DNA of 64,000 bases, taken from NCBI RefSeq assembly GCF_009914755.1, contig NC_060934.1; one strand, written 5' to 3'. Source of the stretch: the human T2T-CHM13v2.0 reference genome, Homo sapiens. Below are positions 18,210 through 35,076 of the stretch, one piece after another. How positions within the stretch are numbered: position 1 is the first letter of the stretch; each line of letters opens with the position of its first letter. The translations under genes were made by a program, and so were the position numbers. Under the pieces are notes generated by a model. It saw only the letters and a list, made by a program, of their open reading frames with translations, did no database searches and was not told the DNA's origin.

Positions 18210-18391
18210 CAGTGGGCGGTATCTGGCTCACACTAGCTCAAGAGAGCAGGCTGTTAAATATTCAGGAATATTGCCACCTGATGGTTAAAACTGGTCATAA
18301 ATAGCTCGAAATAGGCCATAATGGGAGAGTGTACACTCTGGAAATTGATTATGTTCTTCCCCACATAGAGCCTGTTTCCTGGCGCACCATC
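18210..18391. mobile_element. MER63A-like hAT DNA transposon remnant
   Basis: cagtgg...gagagcaggctgttaaatattcaggaat and end cctggcgcaccat resemble the recalled MER63 consensus. Confidence 0.55.
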
Positions 18392-18505
18392 TAATGGGGA
18401 TGTCCCGGGGGAGAAGCTAAACATGCACTTTCCTGAAACTTGGAAAAGATGAAGCAGAAGATTATGTCACAGCTGCAAGGGATGTGGGACCAAATGCTGC
18501 CCCAT

Positions 18506-18586
18506 GCCATCCAGATGAGCCACCCAGGGGAGCCAGCCAGGTAAGCCACCCAGGGGAGCCACCCAGCAGAGCCAGCAGATGAGCCA
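18506..18586. repeat. Degenerate 13-bp minisatellite (GCCACCCAGGGGA), about 6 units
   Basis: gccatccagatga gccacccagggga gccagccaggtaa gccacccagggga gccacccagcaga gccagcagatga. Confidence 0.8.
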
Positions 18587-19317
18587 TAGCAGTACTTCAT
18601 GTCTTGCCACAACCGCCTAGCATAAAACCAGTCATCCTGAGTCTTTAAGAAAACCTGCTCTTTTCTGTTTCTTGGCTTGTACTATTTCTTTTATTTTAAA
18701 GCACACTTTATCCTCCAAACCCTCACCCCCATCCCCGGAAACACACACACACACACACACACACAAGTCTGTGCACACACTCTGAAGAATCATATGGCCT
18801 TTAAATATTGCGTCTCAATTCAGGAAACATTAGGAGGCATTGGAGTTCATTGAGTATTAGCCATATCACACCCACCTTTGACTAGAGAAGCTTTGGTTAG
18901 TAGCGACTGAGGATCCCATGGGAATGTCTCCCACCATCCCTGGTTGCTCTCTATGACCTGTAGTGACGTCAACACGAGGGAAGAAAGAAGATGGGTGAGG
19001 ATATGTGACTGAGCAAATCGCTGAACAAATTAGAAAAGAACATTCACTTTGTTTTCTTTAACACACAGGACTCATATCAGGCCTTATTCCCTGGGGTCAG
19101 AGTGAATTTTATAAAAACAATTACCCTTTACACCAAAGTTGTGAATTTGCCGGAATGGTTTGCAATTATTTCCTTAAAGGAACACGGGAAATTTGTAGCA
19201 GAATTAAGATCAAGAAGTTCTGAGTCTCTAATCTTTCCTTAAAACATCTCACCAAAATAGAACTTTATGCCTAACATTTGTGGATTCACTGAAGCATATG
19301 TAAGAATTATGGGGAGA

Positions 19318-19624
<307 letters not shown>

Positions 19625-20699
19625 TTATGGGGAGAAGTAGCGCCTGAAATCTGCTGCCCTGGATGATTTCACTGCTGTGATCCTTGTGTCCTGCCTTGAA
19701 AAGTACTATTCTCAGTTATTTATCAGAATAATTTAATACCAGATAAGCTAGTTTTAAGTGATTTTGGCAGCAATGAACATAAAGCAAGGTATCTCTGATG
19801 ATGGAATTTCAGGCACTGCTATGAACTAGAGAGGAAACATTTATTGACTTCAGGGGATTTTCTGTTACTGTAAAACTGCACAGATGGATAGATGGTCATG
19901 TAATCTTTTTATATCCCATCTGTATAAGTAAAAGTAAATGACTTATGTGCGTTGCAAGGTCACATAATGACTGATAAAAAGAAACTATTTGGAGAAAATC
20001 AGGAGGGGAGAAATTTTAAAGGATAAACTCTCCACTAACACTAGGATAATCACTGAAACACCTCATGCTAAGCGAAGTAATGACTGCTTAAAATCATATA
20101 TTAAATTATTCACAAATCATCCAAGAAATAATGACTTCATAGGGAGTTTCTGACACCAAAGAAATAAGGATATAATCTATTGAGTAATCCTCAGTAACAC
20201 ACTCCAAAATTGCCTTTTCTGGGGTAGTGTAGTTCTTTTTTTATCCAACCAATATCACAAATCTTGGCACTACAGTATGTCCCCAGCTTGTGAGTTGTTT
20301 CTGAAAGCTCATTTATAAAATTAGATGTTTTGAACTTCTAATCAATTTTCCAATAGAAAAAATGTTAAATGGTAGTGAAGTCCTCAGACGGACTCATTAA
20401 AAAATAATTAACTCATAAAATTTCGGATGGAAAGAGCAAAATAATAGCACTGGGGAATACTATTAACATCTGGATGAGTGCTCTTAATGTTTTTCTCTGC
20501 TACCTTGGGGATCTAGTGAGTTCTGGTCCTTTTATATTTTGACCTAGGAATGAATAAGCCTGAGAAAGATAAATTGCTTACAGTTGCAAAAACTGCTGAC
20601 CTGACACCACACAGTAGATCTGTCTCTGTAGGCAGAGAAAGATCTTCCTGCCACAGCTTTCAGTCAGAGCTCACGTATCCAATACTTTTCATCGCTCTT

Positions 20700-21920
20700 A
20701 TCCTTAACTACCAGTGAAAAAGTAAACTCCAGGAATACATTCTCCTCCACTTTCCTGCTCTAACTTTACCATAGTATTTTCCCCCAACCTCATTCTTCCT
20801 CTGCAAACCTTCAGACCAAACCTTTGCCTGCCTGCCCTTCCCACTCTAATCACATTGCTGTACTCGCTCTCACTTTTCCTTACATCTTCCATCTCTTTCT
20901 TAGTCCTGGCTGAAATCTCACTCTTCCAAGGAAGCACATTCTTTCCTGCAGCCCCTTCCTATGTAGGTTACTTACTATCCTACTTTCCAAACAATAGAAG
21001 CCCAAGAATCAGATGCAAGGATGTCAGTTTTCTTGCTTATATTTACTACTGCTCAGTGGTTTACCAGGAAGCTTGGACAAAATACAAAGAAATAACAAGA
21101 ACAAATTAAGCAATTCTTTGGAGTTTCTGTCTGGCATAACATAATATTCTTGTCATCTCCTTGCTTCCTGGCATTCCTCCTTTTATGCATCAATTCTTTT
21201 GGCTCCTGGCTCAAGGAAGGTTCTCTCCAGCCATGGTGTCACTCCAAGGGCAATTTCTGTCCAAATCCCCTGTCTGTAACCCTTAAATACATCCATATGA
21301 ATGACTTCTAGCACTCCAGTGTAACAATCCATTCGATGGACTTCACTGCAACCTGTAATTTCTCCACCGCTGATATCTCCAACTTTCATTCTCAACATGT
21401 TGCCCTGCCTACAGCTCATTCACTTTCTTATTCCTCAAAAGCCGCTATGCATTTGCTCCAAAACCTGCTAAGACCCAATACAGAGAAAGTAAATAGAGTT
21501 CCCAGAAAACCACCCTGTCTGTCCAAACTGTCAGGCTCACTCTCTTTGCTCCGTCCTTGCTAACCTAGCCCTTAGGGTCCATTACTTACTCACTTTCTCC
21601 TGATTGACCTGACATTCTGAATTTTTCTGTCCAATATTTCTTACAAAATATAACCCAGCATGAGTTTAGCATTCTTCCTTCTGCTCCTGCACCAAGGCTG
21701 CTGTACTGCTCAAGAAATATCATACAGTCATGGAGACTGAAAAATCTTACATTGGGAGTTCTTAGTTGAATTTTGGCAAGCTCCTTTTTGCATTTCTAAA
21801 TTTCAACTCAATAAAACTATTTTTGATCTATAATTCATCTCATTCTCTGCAGTAGATTTTGCATCCTATGTCACTGAGAAAATTGAGAACATTGAGTAGG
21901 AATTTTCTCAATTAACTGCC
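20700..21920 (+). mobile_element. L2 ORF2 remnant
   Basis: Pyrimidine-rich degenerate L2 text (gcagtagattttgcatcctatgtcactgagaaaattgag). Confidence 0.5.
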
Positions 21921-22073
21921 CTGATCCTATAGGGGAACTTATAAGGCAGTGTGCCTAGGGCTGACAATACATTTAGGAGTCTATTAAAATGTTTTGTTTT
22001 TTTTAATCAGAAGGAAAGAAAGAGGAATTTTAGGTTGAAGAACATGTTCTAATATATAATATTTAGTATATTC

Positions 22074-22403
<330 letters not shown>

Positions 22404-22877
22404 TTATTAACATATGTTAATATGCCCAGCAAGGCAAAATTGCCAAGGCCTATGAAAGTCACAATGCAGCCTAACCTATAAACTCAGCCCCACTTGCTTG
22501 TAGCTATGCTGCAGTACTCTGTCTCAGTGCAACTGCTGATAGGAGTGCTTGTCTTCAGCCCCTGCCTGTGCTCTAGGCACGATCTTGCTTTGTCCCTTGG
22601 AGGACCTTGTTCTATCAATGACCCCATCTGGTGCCCTGGACTCCAGCTTTCTTGTTTCATTAGTCTTTATCCTTTAGCATATAGAGTTGATTCTCATTAT
22701 TCACAGTAGTTATGTTCTATAAAGTCACCACAGACAAACAATTAGTGAATCCTGGACCTTTGCTCCCAGGAAGGTACAGGATGAGTTAGTTTCTTGCAAG
22801 GTTCTGCTCACATTAGGCCAACTGGTCAATACATAATCTTGGGGTTTTGTGTGTTTCTGTTAAAGATGCATAATTTA

Positions 22878-23112
22878 CAGCCTGGGCAACATAGTGAGAC
22901 CCTGTCTTTACAAAAAATTAACATGAAAAAATTAGCATGGCATAAGGTGGTGTGGACCCCTAGTCCTAGCTACCCCTAGTCCTAGCTACTTAGGAGGCTG
23001 AGGCAGGATGATTACTTGAGCCCAGGAGTTTCAAGGCTGCAGTGAGCTATGATCGTGCATGCCACTGCATTCTAGCCTGGGTGACAGAATGAGACCCTGT
23101 CTCTTAAAAAAA
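22878..23112 (+). mobile_element. 5'-truncated AluJ-like
   Basis: acttgagcccaggagtttcaaggctgcagtgagctatgatc (AluJ diagnostic). Confidence 0.85.
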
Positions 23113-23123
23113 TACGTAAGCCA

Positions 23124-23451
<328 letters not shown>

Positions 23452-23663
23452 TTATTCATTAACTTTGAACTCTTGGCCAATAGCAGTATAACTTATGTTT
23501 GAATGAAGCTTATCTAGCACATGAATTTTGCCCATAAAGCACATCACAACCTTCTTGTGCTTAGAAACATGGGGCAACACCTCAGCACTACCTTCAGGGG
23601 CCATTTCAAACAGTAAAATCACCTACAGGAAGCACAAAAATGCAATAGTGTGGCTTTGCACAG

Positions 23664-23666
<3 letters not shown>

Positions 23667-23754
<88 letters not shown>
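23667..23754. repeat. (TA)~28 fused to poly(T)~32
   Basis: Read directly; forms the tail of a minus-strand Alu. Confidence 0.95.
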
Positions 23755-23755
<1 letters not shown>

Positions 23756-24041
23756 AGAGGGAGTCTTGCTCTGTCCCCCAGGCTGGAATGCAGTCGCGCC
23801 ATCTCAGCTCACTGCAAGCTCCACCTCCCTGGTTCACGCCATTCTCCTGCCTAGCCTCCCGAGTAGCTGGGACTACAGGCTCCCACCACCACGCTCAGCT
23901 AATTTTTGTATTTTTAGTAGAGACGGCGATTCACTGTGTTAGCCAGGATGGTCTCGATCTCCTGACCTCGTGGACCTCGTGATCCGCCCGCCTCGGCCTC
24001 CCCAAGTGCAGGATTACAGGCATGAGCCACCGCACCCGGCC
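23723..24041 (-). mobile_element. AluY-like
   Basis: Full Alu; TSD TGCACAGA. Confidence 0.95.
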
Positions 24042-24278
24042 TGCACAGACCTTTAAAAGGGCACTTGTTTACAGTCTGCGAGCTTGAACACTAAAGCAGA
24101 GTATTGCCTTGTTTGACTCAGCTGATAGCACAAGCATGGGCGGGTCCCATGTTTCCCAACATCTGCAAATGGTTCCTAAAGCACAGCGGGTATTAGTTTT
24201 GGGGTTACAAATAAAGTTTAGCAAGTAGACAAATTCATCAGTACAGAATCTGTGAATAACTGGAATCAATTATACGCC

Positions 24279-24680
24279 GTTATGGACTGAATTGTGCTCC
24301 CACGAAATTCGTATGCTGAAGTCCTAAGCCCCAGTATCTCAGAGTGTGACTGTTTATGGAGATTGGGTCTGGAAGGAGGAAATTAAGTTAAAATGAGGCT
24401 GTTAGGGTGGACCCTAATTCAATCTGACTAATAATGTCCTTATAAGAAGAGGAGATGCAGACATACAGATACTATGAATACACCAGCACAGAGAAAATGT
24501 CCTGTGAGTCCCCAGCGGGAAGACGGCTGTCTGCAAGCCAAGTGGAGAGGCTTCAGGAGAAACCAACCCTATCCTGACCTCAGACTTTCAACTTCCAGAG
24601 CTGTAAGAAAACACATTTCTGTTGTTTAAGGCACCTAGTCTGCAGTATTTTGTTATGGCAGCCCTAAGCAGACTAATACT
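24279..24680 (+). mobile_element. MLT1A/B-like MaLR solo LTR
   Basis: gttatggactgaattgtgctcccac...gaagtcctaagccccagt ... gttatggcagccctaagcagactaatac. Confidence 0.85.
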
Positions 24681-26607
24681 ATACGTGCAAGCCACTATTA
24701 ACACATTTTCAACACCAATGGACAATGTTATATGTTTATTTTATTTGACTTCTCAGTGGTATTTCACACAGTGAACCAGCTTTTTTCATACTAAAATTCT
24801 CTCTTTTCCTGGATATCACTGTCATCTAGTTTTCCTTCTGCAACATTAGCTATTCCTTCCTATTTTTTATGTATGTGGCCTCGTTTTTCAGGGATTTTTT
24901 TTTTTACTAAAATGTAACATTATAAGAATCGTTATAAAATACAGAATACAATACAATGGAAAAAATAAAAATTATCTTTTATCCTAATACCAGGGACAAT
25001 ATACCTCTTCTGTGGTGGCCTCTTTATTCACCAGGCTCATAAACACTGCTGTCTCCAAAGGAACTAAGTTCATCTCTCTGCTCTTTGAATTATATGCATT
25101 GAAACTCGTTACCGTGGTTCACAAGCTCTACCAGATTTGCTGCCTCTCTGACTCGACAGCAGCACTCGCCCCCTTGGTATCCACACCAGAGCCACCCCGG
25201 CAGGTCTGTCCTTCCAACTGGCTGTTCTCCCTGAAGGCCTCTGCACCTAAAGCAGCCACCCCAGGCAGTGCCATGGCTGACTGTTCCAGGGGTCTCAGCA
25301 TCTCTCCCTTTAGCCAAATCCCTCTTATTCCATACTAAAATTTCCCCTTTTCCATTCATTGAAGACTGTTCAAAGTTGTATTTAACATTTACCTATTTAT
25401 TTACTATATAGCATTTACCTCCCTTCTTCCTCTAGAATATTAGGTTCATAAAAGAGAAAAATATTTAAAATAATGGAACTATGATTTTCAGATTGAGAAA
25501 CTCTATTTCACATGTACTTTCCTTTGCCATTTTGAACATTAGGTAGTATCAATAACAATTCAAAAATTGTAATGGCTGTAAATGTGGCCTATTAAATAAT
25601 ACCACAAAGCCCATGCTAAAATTGCTAACTGGAAGTAAAAATGCATTGACATTACATAGACATCTTAGTCATGTATTTATTAATTCAACAAAAGCTTATC
25701 CATTCCCTGTTTTCCAATCACTGTTGTAGGTGCTTAGGATACAGCGTATCGCCTCCTTTTCCTTGTAAGATGAAAAAGTTGTCCTTCAGAAAACAAATGC
25801 ATAGTGACCTCTTATAAAAGAGAAGGCATTTTTAGTGCTGCAGTGAATTGATAGTGTGCGCTTTCTAACCATTGCACATACAGTTATATTGGAATTTGGA
25901 TTCTTTTAAAGCAATGTCAGAAAAGTTTAGACTGCAAGAAGCCAACATGCTTCACTTGGCTTAAAGATGGAGATTTACTGTCATTTCTTTTCTTTATGTC
26001 TCTGTGCATTTGCGTTTTCATGATTCTAGAATCACTGGTGTGGAAAGTCAATTATTGTATGTATTCTTTGGGACCATATATACTGCAAAATACCAAATTA
26101 AAAACATGTTTCCTTTGTGTGAATGTGGCCTAGTTAATGGTTTTTATGTACACACCAGTTCTATGGCCAGTAAATAAGTGAAACCTCTGATTTACAGGGC
26201 AGCGTGAAAGAACAGCCATCACTCCATTTCTTAGGAACACTACTGAACTGCAGAGATTGATCTCTACTTTCCCAGATCATAGTGAAGAAAGGGAAAAAGC
26301 CTTACACAAAGGATATAATTGGGGCCTTATCAATTGTTTCTTCTTTTTAGACAAGCAATGAAAATTACAATTTTCATATTTAAATATTTCTTCATACTTT
26401 GATTTATTTTTTCCTAAAACAAGCAATATTTTCCAAGTAAAGTTTTGAAATATTTCTTGAAAAACATTGCCCGATGGCAGATAAAATAGTCAAGTAAAAA
26501 CTCTATGGATACTTTCATCTTCTGATGGGCTAATGTAATTAGCCAGAGAGTAGCTCTTTTTCCTTAAAAAATTGGATGATATGCTTCCATTATAAGACTG
26601 AAAGGGG

Positions 26608-26994
<387 letters not shown>

Positions 26995-27428
26995 TTAAAA
27001 TGATATGCAAAGGTGTCTCCTCCATATTATATTTTATTCCTCCATATTAATTTAACCTTTTGGACAGAACACCCACATTACTATTATGGGCTTTGGAGTG
27101 GAATACACAGCTTTGAAAACTTTGAAACAACTTTGAGATGCTGATGTTTTAATTATTACAGAATTGAGTCAAACAAGTAAATCCTAGTAGATAAAAAAGG
27201 TTTAAGAAATACTTTGTATAATTTATGTCATTAGTTGCAAAATTGTCCACCAGTGCCATCAACTATTAAACACTCTTAATAGCTTTAAAATGCCCTGAAT
27301 GTACTGATTAAAGCTGAAATCAAGGTACAGTTTTGCAGTTTTCACATCTATATAGCCATCCTCCTATCATAATCTGAAATCTAACTACTACGTGGTTTTA
27401 ACTTATTGGAAAAGAATCAGTGGCGTGT

Positions 27429-27454
27429 TCTCTCTCTCTCTCTCTCTCTCTCTC
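27429..27454. repeat. (CT)n microsatellite
   Basis: Read directly. Confidence 0.9.
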
Positions 27455-29480
27455 TGCTTAGCTACAGCATTTTTCCAGAATGTGTGTTACAGAGCAACTT
27501 GCAGGACACTAAAACCCTCATGTTCACTTTTCAACTGTGTAGCTATATTTTGTAATGCCTCTTGAATGGTCTCTTCCTAGTGAAACTGCTGCAAATTGAC
27601 CTAACAAATACTCAAATGATAGTTTCAGTGTTCTAAAATACAGAGCTCTCTGCTCCGGAAGTCATTATGCAATGTGTTCTAATCTGTTCACCTCCTTAAA
27701 AAAGTGCTACCTGCCTCGCCGTGAAGTTTATGTACATTTCCTTAATAAATACATGTCATCAGGAAACAGCCACTCTCTTGAGGCATATCATCGTGTCTTC
27801 AAAACTCCGAGGAAAGAATGAAGAGTGCAGGGCAGTGAAACTATTTACTCCATGCACATTAACAGCAGACACCTACAAATGCTTGCAAACACGAGCTTAG
27901 TTATAATTCTCCCTGCGGAACTTTATAAAACATAGTGAGTGACAAGGATAATTTAATATCGCGAACAAATGTTAACTTTGGATACACAGAAGTGTGATGC
28001 ATAGCTATCAACAAAGGCCACATTATTATAACTCTCTTTTCAGTCACTTTGGGCTTTGCTAAAGCTTGCATATATTGAAGTAAAGGAAAGGAATATACTA
28101 AAAAATGGAAAAACAAACAAAAATCAATGAATATTAGTTCTTTTCACTATCCAAGAGCCCTTAACCAGAAAACTTTACAACTAACTTTCAAAGCTGAAGA
28201 AAAAGTTCAAATGATATGAATTACTTTGTTAATCCTTTTCCCGGATTTCAGATTTTTATTCCATTGTGTGGGGGAACTTCTGTGGTGAGAATTCTGCTTC
28301 TCATTCCTTTGTATGAATGTGAGCTTGCATTTTGATTTCTCTTGTAACTCTTAATTCTTTGTTTGCCATTTGCTTTAATCCTGTTTAACCAATTTAAAAA
28401 AAAAAGCCCTAGAGAAAACCTCCTTTAATTCATATCCTAGAACTTAACTAACTTTATAAGATATTTGTCTCAAGGACTGGTTTCAAGGTTGAGGAGGCAG
28501 TCTCTCTTTTGCTTACTGACATGATTTGCAATGCTTTGGGCTTAATTAAGTGACAGAATAAATTGACCACAGCAATCAGGAAATGTTTTGATCCAGATTA
28601 TTGGAATGGAAACTCTACTTTGCTTTCCCAGTAACTTAGAAGCCAGAATCCTTTACCATTAGATCTGACAACAGAAATTTACTCCATATCCCCTGATAGA
28701 GCCTGTAAGGAGCAACAGGCCAGCATGTATGTGACCAGAGGTTATAACGTTCTGATTCATTATGCTCTAGTCATGAATCTGGCCCGTTGCAGACAAGCTC
28801 CAAACATCCATTTAGCTGTCAGTCTGACCATGAATGTAATGCTATTATGGTGAGGGCCAAGTCCACTGCTCATGCCAGATGTTGTTAGGAATTCAATCCA
28901 TCCTATGTATGAACACTGGCTCCTTCAAACAACAAGATGTTGAGTGAATTACATATTGAGTGGTGAGTTTTCTTGGCATTTAATTATCCAGCTCAAAGAA
29001 ACATACTTCCCTAATTGTTTCTGAGGTTACTGCCTAGCGTATAAGTAAAAGGGATCTTGTGAAGGAATGGTATGATATCAGCAGCTGTAAAAACATTTCA
29101 AGTTATTGTAATGTCTCTTTTTGGGATTTTTTTTGGCTTATTCCTAATGTCTGTCAATAAAAATTAGGCATCTTTTATATTTGATGTCACTGTTAGATAA
29201 TAATTTAAGGGGGAAAAAGATTTGCCATATCCTAAAATAAATCTATTTTAAATTTTGTGAATTATATTATAATGCTTGTTCACATACTAATATATTATAA
29301 CATGGCTGCAAAGATAGAAGGAAACCTTCCTTAAAAAGAAAATTCACAGTTCTTTCTTAAAGTGACACATAACCGAACTATTATTAAGATAATTAATTAA
29401 TTGGGGTTTATCAGAGTCACCCAGAAAACAATTAACAAACACTTCAGTTCATTTAAAATGACACCATTTAATATGATATA

Positions 29481-29903
29481 TAGTTGATCCTTAAACAGCA
29501 TGGAGATTAGAGCCAGCAACCCCCCCATACAGACAAAAATCCACATATAAATTTTGAGTCCCCCAAAACTTGACTACTAATAGCTTACTGTTGACCAGGA
29601 GTCTTACCAATAAAAAGTTCATTAACACATACTTTGATTTTATATATAGACTGTATTCTTGCAATAAAATAAGCTAGAGAAAAGAAAATGTTATTAAGGA
29701 AATCATAAGGAAGAGAAAATATATTTACTATTCATAAAATGGAAGTGAATCATCATCATAAAGGTCTTTATCTTCATTATCTTCAGGTTGAGTAGGCTGA
29801 GGAGAAGGAGGAAGAGGAAGGGCTAGTCTTGCTGTTTCAAGAATGGCAGAGGCAGAAGAAAATCCACATGTAAGTGGACCAGTGCAGTTCAAATCCATGT
29901 TGT
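29481..29903. mobile_element. Tigger2a-like DNA transposon
   Basis: agttgatccttaaacagcatgg...aaaatccacatgtaagtggaccagtgcagttcaaatccatgttg matches the recalled Tigger2a. Confidence 0.8.
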
Positions 29904-29981
29904 GTTTGTCAGCTCTGGGACAGTTTTACTTTTGTGTAATGACAGTTCAATGGGTTGGCAAAGTTATCTTTTACCAATCTA

Positions 29982-30362
<381 letters not shown>

Positions 30363-30693
30363 AAAATACTTGTGTAATTTGAAAAAAAGGATTGCAGGGT
30401 CTTCAAAATAGCTTTTTCATTATATTATATTTACCAGTAACTTCAGAAATATTTATATGTTTAGTGCTTTTTAACCTCCAACGCCTTTTTTGATAAACTT
30501 CCTACTTCAATTTCATAGATTTTATATAGAATTACCAGAAGGGAAAAAAAAAAACAAAAAAACCTTATTTGTGCCCTCTAGGAGTGCATTTGTGTATTCT
30601 CTTAACTAAGTAATCAATAATTCTTAGAGGCAATTTAATACCTAGAAGTCCCATGACCCTTGGAGGTGAACTACTGGGTAGATTCCTGACTAA

Positions 30694-31030
<337 letters not shown>

Positions 31031-31793
31031 TAGCTTTTTCATATTTAGTAATGTCCTGCATTCTAATAAGGGACTAAGGAGAATTTTACAAGTTAGAATC
31101 TTACTAGGTTACTTCTGGTTTCAACTTCAAAATGAAAAGATGCTTAACATCACTTTTTATTAGAAAATTGAAATGAAATGCAATGAAAAGTTGCAAAAAA
31201 AAAACATCAATGAGAAAACACTGCATAATGATTTAAATGGCTAAGAACCACATCAAACTAAAACAAAACATCAAAAAATAAAAACCTGACAATGCCAATT
31301 TCTGTCTAGTATGTGGAGCAACAGGAACTCCCATGAGAATGGTAAATGGCACTACCAATGTGGAAGACAGTTTGGCAGTTTCTCGCAATGCTAAACGTAG
31401 TCTTACCACATGTTTCAGAAATCACATTCCTAGATATTTACCAAAATGAGATGAAAACTTACGTCCACACATTAACCTATGCACACATATTTATAGCAAC
31501 TGAAAGCAGCCACGATATATTTTAAAGGAACAAACAGATCAATAAACTGTGGTGTATCCATACAATGAATAGAATGTAGAATGTGGCAGAATAATCTAAA
31601 TTGATTACAAATATCAGAAACAACCTCACAGAAAGCAGTATGGGAATACTGTCCTGACCTAAATAATTCTGGAAAAAGAGTGAATTATCTGAAACTAAGG
31701 CCAAAAGGAACTGTACATAAGCACTGTAATCTAATTGATGAAGTTGTTCTCCACACGGTTTTGTGTTAATAATTCTGAACTGTTACACATGCT

Positions 31794-32373
31794 GTAATGA
31801 TTAACTTTAGGTGTCAAGTCGACTGTGCTAAGGGATACCTAGATAGCTGGTAAAACATTATTTCTGGGTATGTCTGTGAAAGTGTTTCTGGAAGAGATTA
31901 TCACTTGAATTAGTAGACTGAGAAAACATTTGCCTTTACCAGCTTGGGCAGGTATTATTCAACCTGTGGAGGGTCCACATAGAACAAAAAAGCAGAAGAA
32001 GAGTGAATTTGTTTTCTCTTCTTCTGGAGTTGGAATATCCATCTTCTCCTGCCCATGGGCATGAGAGTTCCAGGTTCTTGGGCCTTTGGACTCCAGGACT
32101 TACAAGAATTCCCTCCGACCTCCCCACCCACCTTTGTGGTTCTCAGGCCTTTGGTCTTGGACTTGGAGTTACACTGTTGGCTCCCTTAGTTCTCAGTCCT
32201 ACAAATACAGACTAAAATTATACCACCAGCATTCCTGGTTCCCCAGCCTGCAGACAGCATATTGTAGAATTTCTTAGCCACCATAAGTCTAAGTCAATGT
32301 TTATTAAAACATTCCATGTTATGTATCTACATATATATCCTATTGGTTTTGTTTCTCTAGAGCACCTAATACA
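31794..32373 (+). mobile_element. MLT2B-like ERVL solo LTR
   Basis: tgtaatgattaactttaggtgtcaagtcgactg ... tatcctattggttttgtttctctagagcacctaataca. Confidence 0.85.
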
Positions 32374-33648
32374 CATACATACTGAAATTTTAAAATTAAA
32401 CAAATGAATTGTTGATGATTAAAAAAACCATGTTTCTCAAGTGTTGTAGTTGAAAGTTATAGATGAGCAATGGCAGGAAGCTAGAATGCTCCATGGGTAA
32501 TGAATTAGAGTGGAGATATCAGTATGAACTCGTGTTTAGGTTAATGTAGACATAGATGGTTATATGCAGATATAATGTAAGATATGTGTATATATGCAGG
32601 TTAGTACACACACTTCTAACTCTTTGCTATGTCAATAAGAGGGCCCAGAATCAATGACATTGCAGTAGCAAAGAGTACATCTAGCACCTGGATCTTGTTT
32701 TCTAATGCCATTCTCAAAAAAAGTAACCAGGTATCCTTGGATAACTGGCTTCTCCTGGGATTGGGTCAGGTAATGCAAAAGCTAAGCCTAGAGCAACTTG
32801 TGGTGCTAGAAAATGGAAAGTGCTCAAAAGAAGGAAAATATCACAGTGATGGGAATGTGTCAAACAGATACAGGATCCAACTGAAAGGTCTCTCAATGGC
32901 CAAAGCTAAAACAACTTAACTGATATAGTAGTATGGGATTATAACCCAAAGAATAAAATAAATATCCCTGAATCTTTATTGATATAAATAAATTATTGAA
33001 TACATTTTAAAATCATGGGAAATAAATGAATCTTCAGTGCAGAATAGTGATAAATAATTTTTGCAGATCCCCTGCCTTTAAGGAGGTGAAACAGAACTTT
33101 CTACTCCTCATTTGTGGATTGTGCACAATGACTTTTTCCCAAAGATGACAATACTAAAAGAGAAAAGAAAAGACTAATTTTAGAGTGGAGAAACCTCGCG
33201 AGCAGTACTTCAGACCAGGGGATTAAGGTTGACATGCACAGTGATAAATCATGTTTGTAGTATGTACTCTTAATGTGAGAAGAATGGCACTTTACCTCTA
33301 TGGTCTTATTTCCCCAAACCCATAACTTCAGTCTAATCACGAAGGGGATATTTAAAATGCAAACTGAGGATATGCTGCAAAATAATTCATTAGTAATCTT
33401 CAGAAATGTCAAGGTCATCAAAAATAGGAAAAGTCTGAGAAACTGTCACAGTCAAGACACCTAAGGAGACATGGCAAGTGTCATGTGGCATTCTGAATGG
33501 AATCCCACAACTGAAAACAGACGTTAGGGAAAAACTGAGTGAATCTGAATAAAGCATGGACTTGAGTTAATAATGATGTGTCAATATTGGTCCATTAATC
33601 ATGACAAATGTACCATTCTAATGTGAGCTGTTAATAATAGAGAAAATT

Positions 33649-34423
<775 letters not shown>

Positions 34424-35029
34424 TTATACTGTTTGACATAATTCTGTAAACTGTTATGAAGTAAAACTGTTCTAAAAGATATAAGTTACTAAAAATAAGT
34501 CAAGGTATACCTACTTAATATAACAATATATTTTAAGCTTCTACTATGTAAGAATTTGATGAAAATCCAAAAGAACATATTTTGTAAGCTATTGAACCAT
34601 AATCAAACAGAAAGAGTAAAGTTTGTTTCAAAGTTACAGCATTGGCACATCATTTGCCCCCCAAACCAGACCATATTCTAAATTTATTAAAGACTGTACT
34701 CTTGGTATTCCCATTCCAGTCTCTGGACTGTGAGTAGAAATAAAAGCCAATTCAATGTAATGCATCCTCACAAGTACCTTCCATGAAATAAATAATAGGT
34801 GACCACAAGGTTCTATGGATTTTAAGTGTGAACACAGTACACACTTTGATAAGAATTAATAATACTTTTAATAAAACAACATTGATATTCATTCATTAAT
34901 CAGAGTTTATGGTCTATTATTTGAACTAACAGAATTAATTCAAGTTAGAAGAACTAACCTGAACTGCTGAAGTGAATAAAAACTTTGGAATATTTATGTC
35001 CTGATAACCTCGTGCAGAAAAACTTTGTT

Positions 35030-35043
35030 GGAATGGAACTTTT
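35030..35043 (+). repeat. Left target-site duplication of NAMPT retrocopy
   Basis: GGAATGGAACTTTT, identical to 37758-37771 and merging into the poly(T). Confidence 0.9.
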
Positions 35044-35059
35044 TTTTTTTTTTTTACAA

Positions 35060-35076
35060 TTTAATATCAATTTAAT
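35060..35076 (-). terminator. ATTAAA polyadenylation signals of the captured mRNA
   Basis: TTTAAT on + at 35071-35076 and 35060-35065, just upstream of the poly(A) tail on the minus strand. Confidence 0.6.

Noticed and set aside
18506-18586. Regularly spaced short repeats, considered as a CRISPR-like array
   Set aside because: The units are tandem with no unique spacers, there are no cas genes, and the context is eukaryotic.
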